Assembly (NCBI GenBank): GCA_036172245.1
Contig: JAYWIR010000029.1
Coordinates: 1,860,001-1,924,000, forward strand
Direction of reading: 5' to 3'
DNA length: 64,000 bases
Source: Raillietiella orientalis
Taxonomy: Eukaryota
Every line of letters begins with the position of its first letter. The stretch's first letter is position 1. Under the pieces are notes generated by a model. It worked only from the letters and a program-made list of their open reading frames with translations. It was not told the DNA's origin and did no database searches. Both the position numbers and the translations under genes were made by a program. This document shows, one piece after another, positions 1 through 12,879 of this stretch.

Positions 1-699
1 AGCGAAAGTGAGAAAGTTTTTTGTCCCTCACACAATTAGTTCCGACGTCCACGGATGGAGCTTGCATAAAGGTACCAGGAATAGCATGGACATATGTTGT
101 GATATGAGGGAATGAGTGTCAGCGAGTGAAAAAGTAGTCATACTGTCAACCTTGATACTGCATTTCAACAAGGCGAAGATCTATTTGACCAGCGACATTA
201 TACGTACTTTCGATGTTCCTCGACTGCTTCTTCAATTCTTATGAAGGTTCTAGAACAGGAATTGGAGAGATTGCATAAGGAGGAGGCATTTAAGTATGTT
301 TTCCCAATTGATGTGTTGCTGTCTGTATTCTCTTTCCCTTCGGATCTCGTTTCTTTCTGTTGATTCTGTCGATAAGTGCTGTCCCAAGACATGCTTGAAG
401 CTCTTTCGAACCGTCCTGAATCACATGGATTTCCCTTTCTTGTTTTTCTTGCTGTGTTTTCCCTGAGATGTCGGTTTCCTTATCTGTGCTTGACTCCTCC
501 TATTTATCGGAAATGTCTACTTCATCCTTTGCACCCACGTCTGACTTCCGTAAACTTGTTTCGGTCAGCTCACTACTTCCTGATATTCCAGTAAGAAGTC
601 TCTGCATCCTGCAAACTCACCAACAGGACCCCTCTACCCCAACAGGATTACTTTGCAGAGAATGAACGTCCTGCAAATCGATGAGTGAATGGATTCGCA

Positions 700-2700
700 C
701 GATGGCAGTGATGCCCCCAGATCACAAAGGACGTATACTTTCATGACAAAAACACACTTTCATGAGCCACGGCACATATATCCTTTCGTTTGAAGAATGG
801 AGTGCCTGCGGAGTTCGCGATCCTCCATCTTTTCGTTTAAGTGAAGTTTAGGATAAATTATTGCAAGGTGGAAGAAGTTTTTTTCCTGCTCTCACACTAG
901 GGAAACTGGTCTCATATTTGAAGCAGAGTAGTTTCGAATTCTACGCATCTTCATCAACCAGCTGGAGCACGATGATGGTTTCGAACCGTTGAGTTTGACG
1001 AATGTCGCGTGCTCGAAGCAGCAGGAGATACCTGATAACTCCACCCTTTTCTTATGACGTCTTTCAGTAAGCTGAACTGATGTTGGTAGATGGGTTCTGA
1101 ACAACTGTTGCATATGTCTTCGCTTTTGCATCATCCCGCATTCTGTTTAGAGGTCACCTTTCCAGAAAGAGAGATCATGGAAACCTACTTCTCTAAAAGG
1201 CTTGCCTTTTGTTATCAAAAATTAGATAAATGTCTCAGACCCAAACTGAACATCTTCTGTGATCCTGCGATGCGACAGTTCTGAGATCTGTATTAAATGC
1301 AAAACAAAGAGAGGTTTCAAGAGTCTTACCCCCTTCACCCCTTCCCTTTCAAAATCCAATGTTTGAAAAATCCTCAGGTTCCCTCAATGCATGAAGAGAT
1401 TTGATGCTGAGAAAACATCGGATCCTTGAAGAGTCTGGACTTTTGTCGAGATTGGAGATAGTTGCTGTTCCTGTTGTTGTTTATATCTCTTAACTAGGAA
1501 GGACTAGATTAGGGAGTCGTCGTGTTTCCTGCGTGTGTGCTTCCTGCTAGAATCTGAGTCCTTAAATCCCTTGTTTTTATTCAGAGAACCTCCATGGAAT
1601 TTGTCGTTTCAGATGAAAGCGCTGGCCGAGGATGATTTCCTGTTCTCACAGATTGACCTTCAGCAGCCCCGTGTCTGGTTGCTTCAGAGTTGATAGGAAA
1701 GTGCCCTCTCAAAGATTCTGAATTTGTAGTCCCACCCACTTTAATCTTTTCCTGACTTGGGCTTTCAGTTTGATTCGTTTCGTGTACATTTTACCTTGCA
1801 CTGTTTTGTTTTCTTTCAGGAGTTTCATCTGGGCTTCCTACAGTCGCTTTCCCAAAGTTCCCAAAACAATCAAGAGAATTACTTTCCTGGAAGCTGGATC
1901 GGGGTCATCGTTACGTGATCATGAGATCCCGAAGAGATTGCTTTTCGTCGTCTACCAAGGAGAATCTACTTCCGCATGAAAATGAAATTAAAACAGCCCA
2001 AGGGGCGAAGCTTAGAAAAGTGGAATTGATGCTTCAGAAAGCAAAAGCGATGATGGTGGCAACAAATTATCAGGTTCCAAGTGGGCCAAGGAGGAACATG
2101 CATGAACAAAGAAAAAGAGACATAGATTGCTGGAGATCTTGTTAATGCATTTTTTTCTTTATCTTTTTCTTCATTTTTGTTTTTTTTTTTCAATTGAATC
2201 AGATCGAGATCTTCCAAAAGTAAACACAAAAGCCCGATGGATTGATATTTGCAGGTTACCAAGCAAAAACCGATTTTTGCACTTGAAAACAGTACCCATT
2301 GCCAAGCTTGAATTAAACTGGAAGCTCCAAACTTGCGCTGTACTCCAATTGAGACAGCTGATTTCCAGCATCATCCGGTAAGGATCTGATGGGTCCTTTC
2401 CGGAATTTATGTCTTGGAAAACTGACGTTTAGTTGCCGGTGCGCACTTAATTTGAGGTACTCATCTGGAAGGTTTCCTCATTCGCCGTGTCGTTCGAATG
2501 CAGCTTAAGAAAAAGTTCCTGCCCCTTCCTGGATGCAGCACCACACTGTGAATGGAACTTTCACAACATCACGATTGGTAGTGAAGGTGGGCGCTTTCCA
2601 TACCCCAGAGCAGCTCGACACGCGTGCAAAATCCGTGCCGACCGTTGTAAAAGAAAGGAACAGTAGTTCGAGGGCACAACTTACTTATGAGCATGCATAA
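700..2700 (-). mobile_element. Highly decayed non-LTR retrotransposon (LINE) fragment
   Basis: Broken minus-strand frames give RWRIAN..TPFFKRK (~790-830) and NMRPVSL (~900), resembling the LINE RT W.xANV.PIFKKG / NYRPISL motifs; many stops; boundaries approximate. Confidence 0.35.
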
Positions 2701-2849
2701 AAGCACATGTGATTCGTTTGAATTCTTCCTCCCTAAGCAGCGTGACTTGCTATTGAGTCTTCAGCAATGTACCGGATGAACAACTTTCACTTTCTCCGGG
2801 CAGATGAAATTTCCTCAAGCGGCCGTCTGCTAATATTTTTGAACCTGGA

Positions 2850-5800
2850 ATCGACTCGCTTTAATCTGCCTGTTCCTAGCTCGAGGATCTCTCTTCTATC
2901 ATTCCCTCTTAAGGACCCTCAACCCACATCGCTTTGGGATTCTTGAAATGCTTCCTCAATATGCTTCTCATATGGAGATAACAAGCGAGATTACGAAAAG
3001 GGGAAAAAAAATCACTGATAGAAACAAGGTATACCAGCAAGCGAAAGAACAGATTTTTTTTAACATCGCGTAATGGACCAAAAATTAAGGACCCCAACAA
3101 CTTTCCCCGTATGATTCACGCCGCGGAGAAGCTCCACAGGGAAGCTCCGGTCGAGTTAGGACACACTCGTTACAGTGATAAGCACAAAAGAATGAAGACA
3201 GTTAAGCTGGAGGGAATCCTCTGCATCCTTTCCAGTATGCCGGCAAGTTCAATCCGAGTGTGTCCCAGGTGGGGTCACCTAGCTGCCGTCCGCAGGAAGC
3301 CCAGGGCGAAGCAGATGGCGTCTTCATCGTGCCATCCTCGTCTCACGTGACTCCAGGCCGCCACAATTCCGCGTAGGCAGCAGCAAAGAGCTCTGGGGAT
3401 GCAGCAGGCGAAAGGGCATCGCGCACGAAGAGGCACTTCGTCACGTCCCTGGGATTGTCCGTAGGTGCACCAAGGACCGTTGCGTAACGCAATCACAGGG
3501 ACCGGAGGGCAACACAGTCTACAAGCAGGTGCGAGAGCTGAGATTTCCGTTCCCCGCACCTGCAACGGTTCGGGTCCACAGCCACCCGGGTCCAGTGAGA
3601 CCGGCGGACGTTGCACGGGAGAGCCCGGTTGTTCTTCAGCGCTGGGCCTGCCACCCGAGACCTTCCTGCAGGATTCCCAGCAGCTCACCCCAGCGCAATT
3701 CGGTGGGACACTTGGGATCGCAGCGTCCGTGAGCTGGCCCGTGGTCCAACCACCTAGTTCCCTCGTCTTCTGACTGACTTCGCAACAGACCTCCCATTTG
3801 GCCAGCTGGTTACTGTCCAGGTGCTCCCTGAGGGAGGACAGTGCCGTGGCTAGGGAGGTCCTGTATGCCCACGCACGCGTGGTGGGCTGCAGGATGAGGT
3901 CCTGTAGAAGAGCGGTTGTTCTAGAAGAAATGCCGCAGTCGCTGCCGCATCTCCAGGCTCGCTTCGTTGTTCTTGACCCACGTGCGAACGGTTTCCTGCC
4001 TCCAGGCACTATCGTTCGCGGGCTGGCAGAAGATCCAGTTGCTGGTCTTGGTCAGCTTGGCCACCCGCAAGAGCTCCAATCAGCATATGCCTCTGAACAT
4101 TATGCCACCAACAGCGGCATCGGCATGATGTGATATGGATATGTTCGGTGCCTGGATCGAACCGTCATTAAATTGGAGAAGGGAATGGGAAACAGCTTTC
4201 GTAGTCAAGTGCTTCTCCACACTTTCGAGGGCATAGAAAGCAGTTGCGATGGGAGGAACTTGGGTATTCCACAATAATGAAATGCAAGGTAGAAGTTCCA
4301 AATTGCTTAGCCCTTTCTCTACCCCTTCCTCTTCTTGGTTTCTTCTGCTTTGAATTTTAGGCAAATGAAGAATCCTCAAAAATCGACTTGCTCACCACGG
4401 CTTTCCGAAACTCAATATTCAGGGTCAACAGGGTGCTGAGGGAGGGGGAACAGACACTCCTTGCTGAGAGGCTGCTATGCCCACCTTTTTCCTTCTTCGT
4501 ATCCACTGGAGTGGGAGGGTGTCGCTTCCTACTCGCTCCGCAAATCGGGCCGATTCGTCATGACTCGAGCAGTGGCACCGAGTGAGTAGCCAAAAGTATG
4601 AGAATGGAATTCTCCTCAGAAGAATAGAGGACGGCGCAGAGCATCAGAGAACTCTCTACCGAGATCCCTGGGAAACCGATGACCTGAGGCATCTGCTGGA
4701 TTGCTCGTACCCCTCACTTCATACGGAAAGGGTTTCCATAGCCTTCCTTCAGTGAATTGCTCCTGGAGGTCGCAGCGATTCATTTCCAAGTTTTCCAAAC
4801 CACTTGTAGTAATGGTCGACGGTTTGGAAATCTCTCGGAGCGGAGCTGTCTCCTCGGTGCTGATGACATGGCGACCGACGCACCCCAGCGGGAATCCAGG
4901 TTTCCAGGTTTCCTGTCCTCAACTGGGGATTTTCAGCATGAGAAAGTTGGCATGCAAGATGCGTGAATAAGGGAAAAGCTGCAACAGTGGAAGAGGTGGC
5001 ATTCGTCTTCATCCACAGTCGGACAGTTTCAATGCTTGGAAAGAAATTGGTAGCGACTGAAAGAGATGCTGGTCGTGCAATGGAGTACACAATCTACACA
5101 GAACCTGTATAATACTTGCCTCTCTGTGTTTCTTTAGAGAATTCTAACTCCACAAATTCATGGGATCCATGACTCAGGATTCTATCTGATTTCCATTCCA
5201 GGTTTACTGATTCTCTTCTTCACAGCGTTTTTCTTGTGGATGCCTTGTCATGGAATTGCAAGAGGCACGTGATCGTGTGCTCCACGTTCTCTATGTTCTC
5301 TAGTTGCTCTATGTGATCTTCGGTCAACTTTGGGAATCGGAGATCTCCCTGGTTGGCACTTTGTAAGATGAACAGAATCTTCTAGACCCGTGGATTTGGG
5401 CTGCTAGTTTCTTTTCAAGGTTATTGAAAGGTAGCTTTGGAGCTGATAGCTACGGATGGTCACCTTGTCAATATTCGAAGCCGTTGTCCATTATCATGGA
5501 AACACTAGCAGGTACTGGTTTACGATTGCCTTAGTCACACGAGGTCACACCAACCATGGCATCAAAGTTTGTCACTTTCTTTGCACACAGCTGCTTTTTA
5601 AAATCATGAAGTGTGACGTATTGAACGACCCAGTGTGACGAAACAGGTGCGGAGAATACATGCTGTATCACTCGATGACTGTCCAGAAGGAAGCTAGAAG
5701 TGCTTTTACCGTTTGCCATGCCATGAATACCAGACCAAGAAAAAGCCTTCGTTTTCACTGAGAAAGGAGTAAAGAATGCATTCACTAGTGGTAGATCGGG

Positions 5801-6100
5801 GATGTTCTTACAGACCTTGAAACGGAGAGTCCAGAAAACAACAAGACTTTTTAAACAAACCGCCAGCTGATGCGATTTGTAGACAAACTGGAATCTGTCT
5901 TGCGCTCCTTGTCAAAGTCAAGGCTGTTTGCTGGCAAATGGATCTTGTTTGTGTAGATAACGGGAACTAATTGACGAAGAAGACACGGCTCTCGGGATTC
6001 GTGGTGATCGATTTGGGGAATGATTCTGATGGTATCGATGCAGCGGTTCGGAAAAATTTCTCTTCCATTCATTTCTTGTTCTTCGCGATGGCGATTGCGG
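2850..6100 (-). mobile_element. Decayed non-LTR retrotransposon with RT and RNase H remnants
   Basis: Colinear degraded motifs on the minus strand: PRDFQTV..GKL (NYRPISL..GKL-like, ~4780-4840), QG..SP-like (~4445-4465), QLDLL / SLEMR (~3940-4045), MWVEG..GN.QAD-like RNase H end (~2860-2930). Frameshifts and stops throughout. Confidence 0.55.
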
Positions 6101-7149
6101 TTTTCCCTTCCCTAAATTTGAGCCACGTTTCGTGTGACTGATGACTTGATCCCCAAGAATCGCTGTCACTGTACCACATTGCTTAAAATGTTTCTGCGTC
6201 TTTGTCCTCCCATACGAGTTTCGAACTATGTTATGGTCATTTCACGGTCTCTACAGAAATCCTGGAAATTATCCTTCCGTTTCGAATTTCCTAAAATTTT
6301 GAAAAGGGCTCTTCGAACGGAGCTTCCAGCAGGCTTGCAGTTTTCTGGTGCTCTTGTTCCCTCTGCTGCCAATGTGCCTTCAGAAAAATTTTGCGGAACT
6401 TCGCTTGTTGTTGTGGGCTGAAAAAAATCACGCTGAATTTTCTGTTAATCTCTATCTTCAGGATTCTTTAGGTAATAGGAATTCTGTAGGTTTGGGGGGG
6501 GGGGGATTCATTCCATTCTGAATGAATGGACGGATGGACCACATTGGAATAAGCAATGCCAATGAAAGCGTTCAAGGAGAGCACATTTGTAGTGTTTTCA
6601 CGTTACTACGCATTTAATTACTAAGCACCACGTCGTGACTTTTTTAATGCGACTTCACTCTGAATCGCTCAGCGTTCCCTCGGGAGTTAAAAGTAGAATA
6701 AGCTGAATGTCACTTGCGAGGAAATGGATGGTTATTGGAACGCCCACGGCACAACAAAACTTTTTAAGAAGTCGGTCGAATGATGCACTTCATGATAATT
6801 TTGAGAGCATCGTTGAGATCACATGGATGCGGAGGGTTTTTGTCAACATCAATCCCCCACCCCTCACATTCAGGCACGCACGCACACTGGAAAAATAAAC
6901 CGCCTCCGAGGAAATACGACTACACGAAACACTAGGAAGTGTTCAAATAAAATTAACGTCCAGCCTTAGGTTAATGAAAGGTCTAAAGCAACTTTTAGAA
7001 GCGCTTGGAGAACGTCGATGGGCTTCGTTGGACTTGGACTCGGATTTGCAGTTTGTGATTCACCTTTCCACCCTTTTCCTGTTTTCCTTCTGTTGTTCCT
7101 CGACCTACTCAATCGTTTCAAAGAAACCACGGTGTTTCGATCACACCTG

Positions 7150-7430
7150 CTGCTTGGACCCCTTTCAACGCGGAATGTCCGATGTCACGAGCACAGCGAG
7201 CACACGGCAAACCGATGGCAGCAATGGATCACGTGACGAGTAGCCAGCCTCCTCTGCCCGGCTTCTGGAGGTCCACGCGTTCCGTTATTCGATTTTCGAC
7301 GCCATCCCACAGGAGCGGAAACCGTGGAAGGAATTTCGAATCGATCAGCGCACCGCAATCACCACACTAGGATTACTCCCCTGAAGAAGGGTTTACCAAA
7401 GGAGTCCGACGGCTCCAGGGACTCTAGCAA
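7150..7430 (+). mobile_element. Penelope-like element 3' remnant (GIY-YIG C-terminal part plus degenerate hammerhead-like end)
   Basis: ORF 7182-7370 has AAMDH...FW...R.FESI, resembling the PLE endonuclease C-terminus (SA.AEH..DW..R..ES.I), followed by CCCTGAAGAAGG...GTCCGA-CGG typical of PLE termini. Confidence 0.4.
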
Positions 7431-7603
7431 CGCAAGAAAAGCAAATCTTCTTTTCTCTTTCTCCACGCGGGATAAAAGTCGCCGTTAAACGGCTGCTGAG
7501 TGTCTACTTACTGGATTCACATTTATTGTATATTTATTATTGAAATCGTATTTATTATATCCTCCCGGAGCACCGAAAATGCCTACTCATTGTTTTAGCT
7601 TTC

Positions 7604-9340
7604 AAGAGCACCCGAGTCAGGTGTTGACCAGCCTGCTAAGCGAGTTTGACGTTTTGAAGAGGCGCCACCGTGGTGCCTTTGGCGAATATATTACGCCCGG
7701 TGTGAAACAAAAAGAAATGCCCTTTGCTACTAAAATACGAAATTTTAGTGAATAGTTAAAACAATCTCACTTAAATAGTATATTTTAGTTGTATTTTCTT
7801 TGGGACTGCAACGTGACCTTATTTATTTTTTATTGAAGCAATGTGAGGTGTGGCAACCAAACAAAAACTTCCTCGCTTTCTTTTTCTTTCTACATGCTGG
7901 GTTTGTTTACATGTTCTTTACATAATGGAAGCCTTAATTGAGGAAAATAATAATAACGCTTCAATTATTTTCCTCAATGAAGGCTTCAAATGATTCGCTT
8001 TGGCAAAAAGTGATCTCTGTAAGGCATAAACGTAATTTTAATTCTCTCATTTTGAAGCTGACCAAGACATGACTTCAAGAAGAAGAATCCCTGAAACTGA
8101 AACTGCTTGGACAAATATTCAACATAAATGCGGATCCTTCTACATTCCAGAACAACACATTGTATTGGATGAATCATTGTCGTCATGGAAAGGGAGATTG
8201 TCTTGGAAGCAGTAGATGTACCTTCTAAAAGGAGTCGTTCGGGAATAAAAAATTGTTGCCTTATGCGAAAATCAAGCTGAATACATTTGGAATTTCTGTG
8301 CATACATTGGCAAAAATACAGAACATGGTCAGCATTATCCTCAGTGTAAGACCGCAACTCCATCGTTCTTGAACTTTCTCATGACCTTTTAGGCCAGGGA
8401 TATCAATTCTGTCTGGATAACTGGTACATAAGTACAGAACTCGCACAGAAACCATGTACTTGCAAGGAAGACAGTATTGGTACAATGCTACAGCATAGAC
8501 TTGGTATTCCTGAAGACATGAAAACCACTTCTCTAAAGAAAGGTCAGTACATTGCAAGATATAACAACGAAATAATGGATTGAAGGGGGGGGGGGCAAAA
8601 GGGATGTACAGTTCCTCAGTACGATACACGGCGCCAATGTGATGGATGCAGAGGAACGAGGTGTTGTAAAAGGAAAGCGTAAAGTGGTTTTTGAGTAGGG
8701 AAAAAAAAATGGATGGAGTGTACAGAAGCGATGGTACAATTGGAGCACATACGCTGGCAAGAAAGAGGCTAAAGAAATATTACAGGAAAATATTTCTTCA
8801 TCTTTTCGACGTTATGCGCTTGAATCCATATTTATTATATGAAAAATACAATGCGAAATGAAATCGATTCGATTTTTTTGCTCGAGTGTATGGAACAACT
8901 TATTGAGGAATCTTCCCCTGAGGCAACTGGGACAGCTGGTGGACCAGCTGCGATTGCCAAGCCCACACGTCTCTCCGGACAACCTTTTCCAAATTCTATA
9001 CCATGTACACCATCCAAATGGAGTGCCTCTCGAAGGTGTATGTGTCGTGTGTTCCGAAAACGGCATTCGTCAGGAAAGACGATGTCGGCGCTGAACCTGC
9101 GAGATGCCCCTTCGTGTGGACTGTGGCTTTGAAGAAGAGCGTCTTGCAAAATCAGATGGAATTTCTCAAGACTTTTTCATTTTTCTTATGTAGGAAGTTT
9201 CCTATTTTCTGTACAATAACAGAGTTCCTATGAATCCAATTTTTTTCCTTTTCTCTCCACACAAAAAGTTGCTTTTGCCGTGCGTTTGACGTGTCTATTC
9301 GTTTTCTCCCATTTTAATTCACGCACCCACGGGTGCTCTT
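7604..9340 (+). mobile_element. Decayed piggyBac (PGBD4-like) DNA transposon
   Basis: Frameshifted transposase motifs FYIPEQHIVLDESLSSWKGRLSWKQ, PSKRSR, YIWNF..YIGK, GQGYQFCLDNWY, KYYRKIFLHLFD and a Cys-rich C-terminus (~8130-9120); flanked by an 11-bp inverted repeat AAGAGCACCCG (7604-7614) / CGGGTGCTCTT (9330-9340). Confidence 0.9.
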
Positions 9341-9636
9341 TGGAAACAAAAAAAAAGGAATTGCTCGCTTAGCAGACTGGAGCTCGTTCTCGGGGTTAGA
9401 CGGGAAGAAAACTTTCACTTGCATCATCCTTCGCTCTGTTGACTCTCCGAAATGTTTTTACCCCACATTTCACCCTTTTCTTTATCGGGGATAGGAAATC
9501 CCAAAGCCACGGGCGTGCAAGGCCGTCTAACGAGATAGAGAAAGGGAGGTTCCCTTTGTTCGAGGACACTCCCGTAGAACAGCGGCGAAGCCACAGCACT
9601 CCGTTCCGTTTACTGTTACCTGAGGATACATTGAGG

Positions 9637-10185
9637 ATGGTTCCCGCTCTTGCCATCTGCATCATCCAGCTACTGTTCGTTCCAGGTGGGAAAGCTCAGT
9701 TCGGAAATTTCGGAAATTTGATACAGCTCTCCAACAACGACTGGAAAAAGCTGTTAAACGACCAGGCCCTTGTCAACCGCCAGCTTGCGTGCGTCAAAGG
9801 ACACGGTCCATGCGATCGTCTGGGGAAAGATCTGAGAAGTGAGTACTGGCATGCGGTGTGGCTGGGGAGATGACAGCGCTTGTTTGTTGACTCGAATGGG
9901 TGCGGTGGCAGGGCATGCGCACCTACCCGTTCCCGGGCGGCGGTGGGAGGAGGGCGGGGAGAAGGCACGAGACCCACGACGTGTTCTAAAATCCGCGAAA
10001 AATGTTCCGCAGTTGGGCTGACATGCTACTGTGAATGCCGCCGAAGAGGCCGCTGCGAGTCGTGCAGCGTTTACCCCGACAATCCGAGGAAGATACTCAT
10101 GGCCGCCGACCGTTTCCTCCAGACAGTGCAGGCGTCCAACCACATTCGCCTGAAGCAGGAGCTCGGGAAGAAAATATGCCGCTAA
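9637..10185 (+). CDS. Chemosensory protein (CSP/OS-D)-like, atypical 8-Cys form; exons 9637-9838 and 10013-10185, 124 aa
   Basis: Signal peptide MVPALAICIIQLLFVPGGKA, CSP-type LLND.ALV.RQLACVKGHGPCDRLGKDLR, phase-1 GT-AG intron at the usual CSP position, exon 2 IGLTCYCECRRRGRCESC...KKICR*. Confidence 0.85.
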
Positions 10186-10699
10186 CCGCCGCCGCCGATC
10201 ACTACTGGGAAAGGAAGCAAGGGGAGGAGGAGGAGGAAGAAGGAAAAAAAAAGAGAGGGGTCAACCGTGCAGTAGTTATGCAAAGGTTAAGCCGTATAAT
10301 TATAGCGCACACACTTCTTGGTTCCCTTACACGTTGAGCGCACGTGTGCAGTCGTGCACGCATGCGTGCAAGAGGACGTACCTGTGCGCGTGCGTGCGTG
10401 CAAGCGCGGGTGCCAACCCTGAGCTCGGGATGTCGCGCGTTGAGTGGGAGGAGCCGGGAGACGCCTTGCGAGAACGTGGGCGCACGCGCGCCACTTGGTG
10501 ACCTGACGCGTTCCGGGCGCGCCGCTTGGCGCACGTTTTGCCCCTCTGCCCCTTGTCCAAGAGGAAAACCCACCGGGCTGGCCAGAACGCACGAGCGGTG
10601 GGCACGCCTGCGTCCGCTGACGAAACGGGACGCGACGGCGGGCTCTGCACCCAGCACCTAGGGATCGTTCCCTCACAGCCTGACCTCCCCGTTCCGAAA

Positions 10700-11700
10700 C
10701 GGCACACCTGTCTAAGCGCGGGAAGGAAGTGAGCGGGATGCCCTGAGGGAGTGCTTGGCAGGGTCCTTCCTCGCATCCCCATAGGGATGCGAGAAAAGTC
10801 CGGAATTGAGGTTCTATCCCTTACCCTTCCAAACGTCAGCATTTCGCGGCGGTGCCGTCGGAAGGAAAAGGCAAGGAGGAGAGGGAGAGGGGAAGGAAGG
10901 GGAGGATGTGCGGACAATCTGCTTCAACGGGAGAGAGATCCGGGACTCCAGGGTGTGGAGCAGGTGCCTCTTCGGAGGCAAAGGAAGAAAGAACACCTCT
11001 TGCAGAGGGACGTATCCACGGTGCTGCAGCTTCGTCTCCAAGACGCTCAGCTTCTTGACCAGCCATCGCCGTCTTCAGTTCGTGAAGCGCCACAGTTTTG
11101 CGGTGAACGCGTGGGCTCCTGGCCGCGCACCGCCACGTGGGTCTGGGCGCCGCCGACACGTGCAGTGACACGCAGTCCTTCGGCGCTCTCCGGTTGCCCT
11201 CGGCAACCTGACCGAAGAGCTGGAGCCTCCCTGGCAGCACTTGGGAGGAAAGCCTTCCTGGTTTCCGAGCTCATCATTTCGGGAGACGGGGACCGCGAGG
11301 GAGTTCCGGAGCTTCGCTTCCCGAGGAGACCCCTGGGAAGCGCGGCCAGTCCTTCGGAGCTCCTTGCAGCCGGCGTGGGCGCGCCCTGCCTTGCGGCCAT
11401 CTTCGTGGGTCCAGGTCCTCCTGCCTGTCCCCCTCAGGAGGAGGAGGAGCAGGGGGAAAATGAACTGGGACGGAGGTCCCGAGCCCTACATCGCCTGCCG
11501 CTCTCTTCCCTCCGGCGAATCTTTGCTGCGCACCACATCGTCTGGCAGGGGGGAGTTCGGAAGGCGTCGTCTGGATGATGGGAGTCCGGGAGGTCTCAGG
11601 GGACGGACGGGGACTCCTGGCGCAGGGCCGTCGACGAAGGCACCGCGAGGAACCCCGCCTAGGTCATCCTACAGGAAGCGCGCGAGTCCCCTAGGTGACA
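10700..11700 (-). mobile_element. Possible decayed LINE RT fragment between the two CSP-like genes
   Basis: Minus-strand SQGSP (~11325-11340), then an ADD-like segment (~11175) and a coding-like stretch WLVKKLSVLETKL interrupted by a stop; weak support. Confidence 0.3.
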
Positions 11701-12307
11701 ACTCCCCTGTCCCCCCTCCTTGTGCTAAACGCCGGCGGGGCCAGAGGAGTGAAGCAGTCGCCACGGCAGCAGCGGCGGCGGCGGCGTCCGAGTTGCCCTC
11801 GAGAACTACCTCCGAGCCGAAGGGAGCCGAGTTGTTCATCCTGGTGGCGGTCCACGCAGCACCGTCAAGGACCGCCGCCATCGCCGCCCATCAAGCACGA
11901 GGTCGCCGGACCGCCGTTCTTCTGCCGTGGGCGAAGCGGGGAATGGAACTCCACCAGCCGCTCTGCCCAGGCTCTGACTCCGTGTAGGAGGCTCCGCGCC
12001 CACGTCAGGGAATCTGTCGATCCGGAAAGGAGGTCGGCCGTAGCTCGCATCGGCCATGAGGCTTCCGCAGCTGATGGGCCAAAAGGAAGGCTGGATGGAG
12101 ATCCTCTTCTCTGGAGATCCCGTCGAGTCCGACGCAAATTTCCCTCCCTGCATGTTCCGGGCCACCGAGAGCGCGGGGCGGTCGTTCCCCTCCCGCCGCC
12201 CTCGTTCCCCCTCACTTGTACTCTGCCTCCTCCTCCTCCTCTTTTTTCTTCCTCTCCGAGCATTAGCGCGTCCCCTCCTGACGCGAAGAGAAGGACGGGC
12301 GGAGGCA

Positions 12308-12879
12308 TCAGTAGCAAAGGTTCCTCCGGAAGATCTTCTTGACGGAGGGGTCGCCATTCTTGCGGGCGGCTTCCACGTAGCGGTCGGCGACGCGGATGAA
12401 CTCGGCGGGATCTCCCTGGATGACCTCGCAGCTGTCGCAGCGGCCGCGGCGCCGGCAGTCGCAGTAGCAGTACAGGATCTCTGGAAGGAAGGAGAGGGGA
12501 GGGGGGAAAGCAGGCGGTGATGCGGGCGGAGGAGGAGGAGGAAGAGGCCACGCCCGTGTGCAGGTGCGCCGCTGCCCTCGCGGGACTCGGGAGGGGTGGG
12601 GGACGAGGAAGAGAGGTACTCACTCTTCAGCTCCACGCCCAGGTCGTTGCAGTCACCTCCCTGCAGGCACACCACGTGCTTGTCCACCAGCCCGTGATCC
12701 TTCACGTACACTTCCAGCGCCTCCAGCGAGCCGTTGACCTCCTTCAGGATGGAGGAGATCCCTGGTAGGTCGGCGTGGACGGCTGCAAACGAAGCGGGGG
12801 GGAGTGTCGATGCGTCCTCGGTGCTCCCGAGGCGCAGGAGCGCCGGGAGGACAAGACAGAGCATCCGTCCCGCGAGCAT
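12308..12879 (-). CDS. Second atypical 8-Cys CSP-like protein; exons 12879-12624 and 12480-12308, 142 aa
   Basis: Signal peptide MLAGRMLCLVLPALLRLGST, YVKDHGLVDKHVVCLQGGDCNDLGVELK, phase-1 intron GTGAGT..TTCCAG, exon 2 KILYCYCDCRRRGRCDSC...RRNLCY*; exon 2 is 173 nt, the same as in the first copy. Confidence 0.85.
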
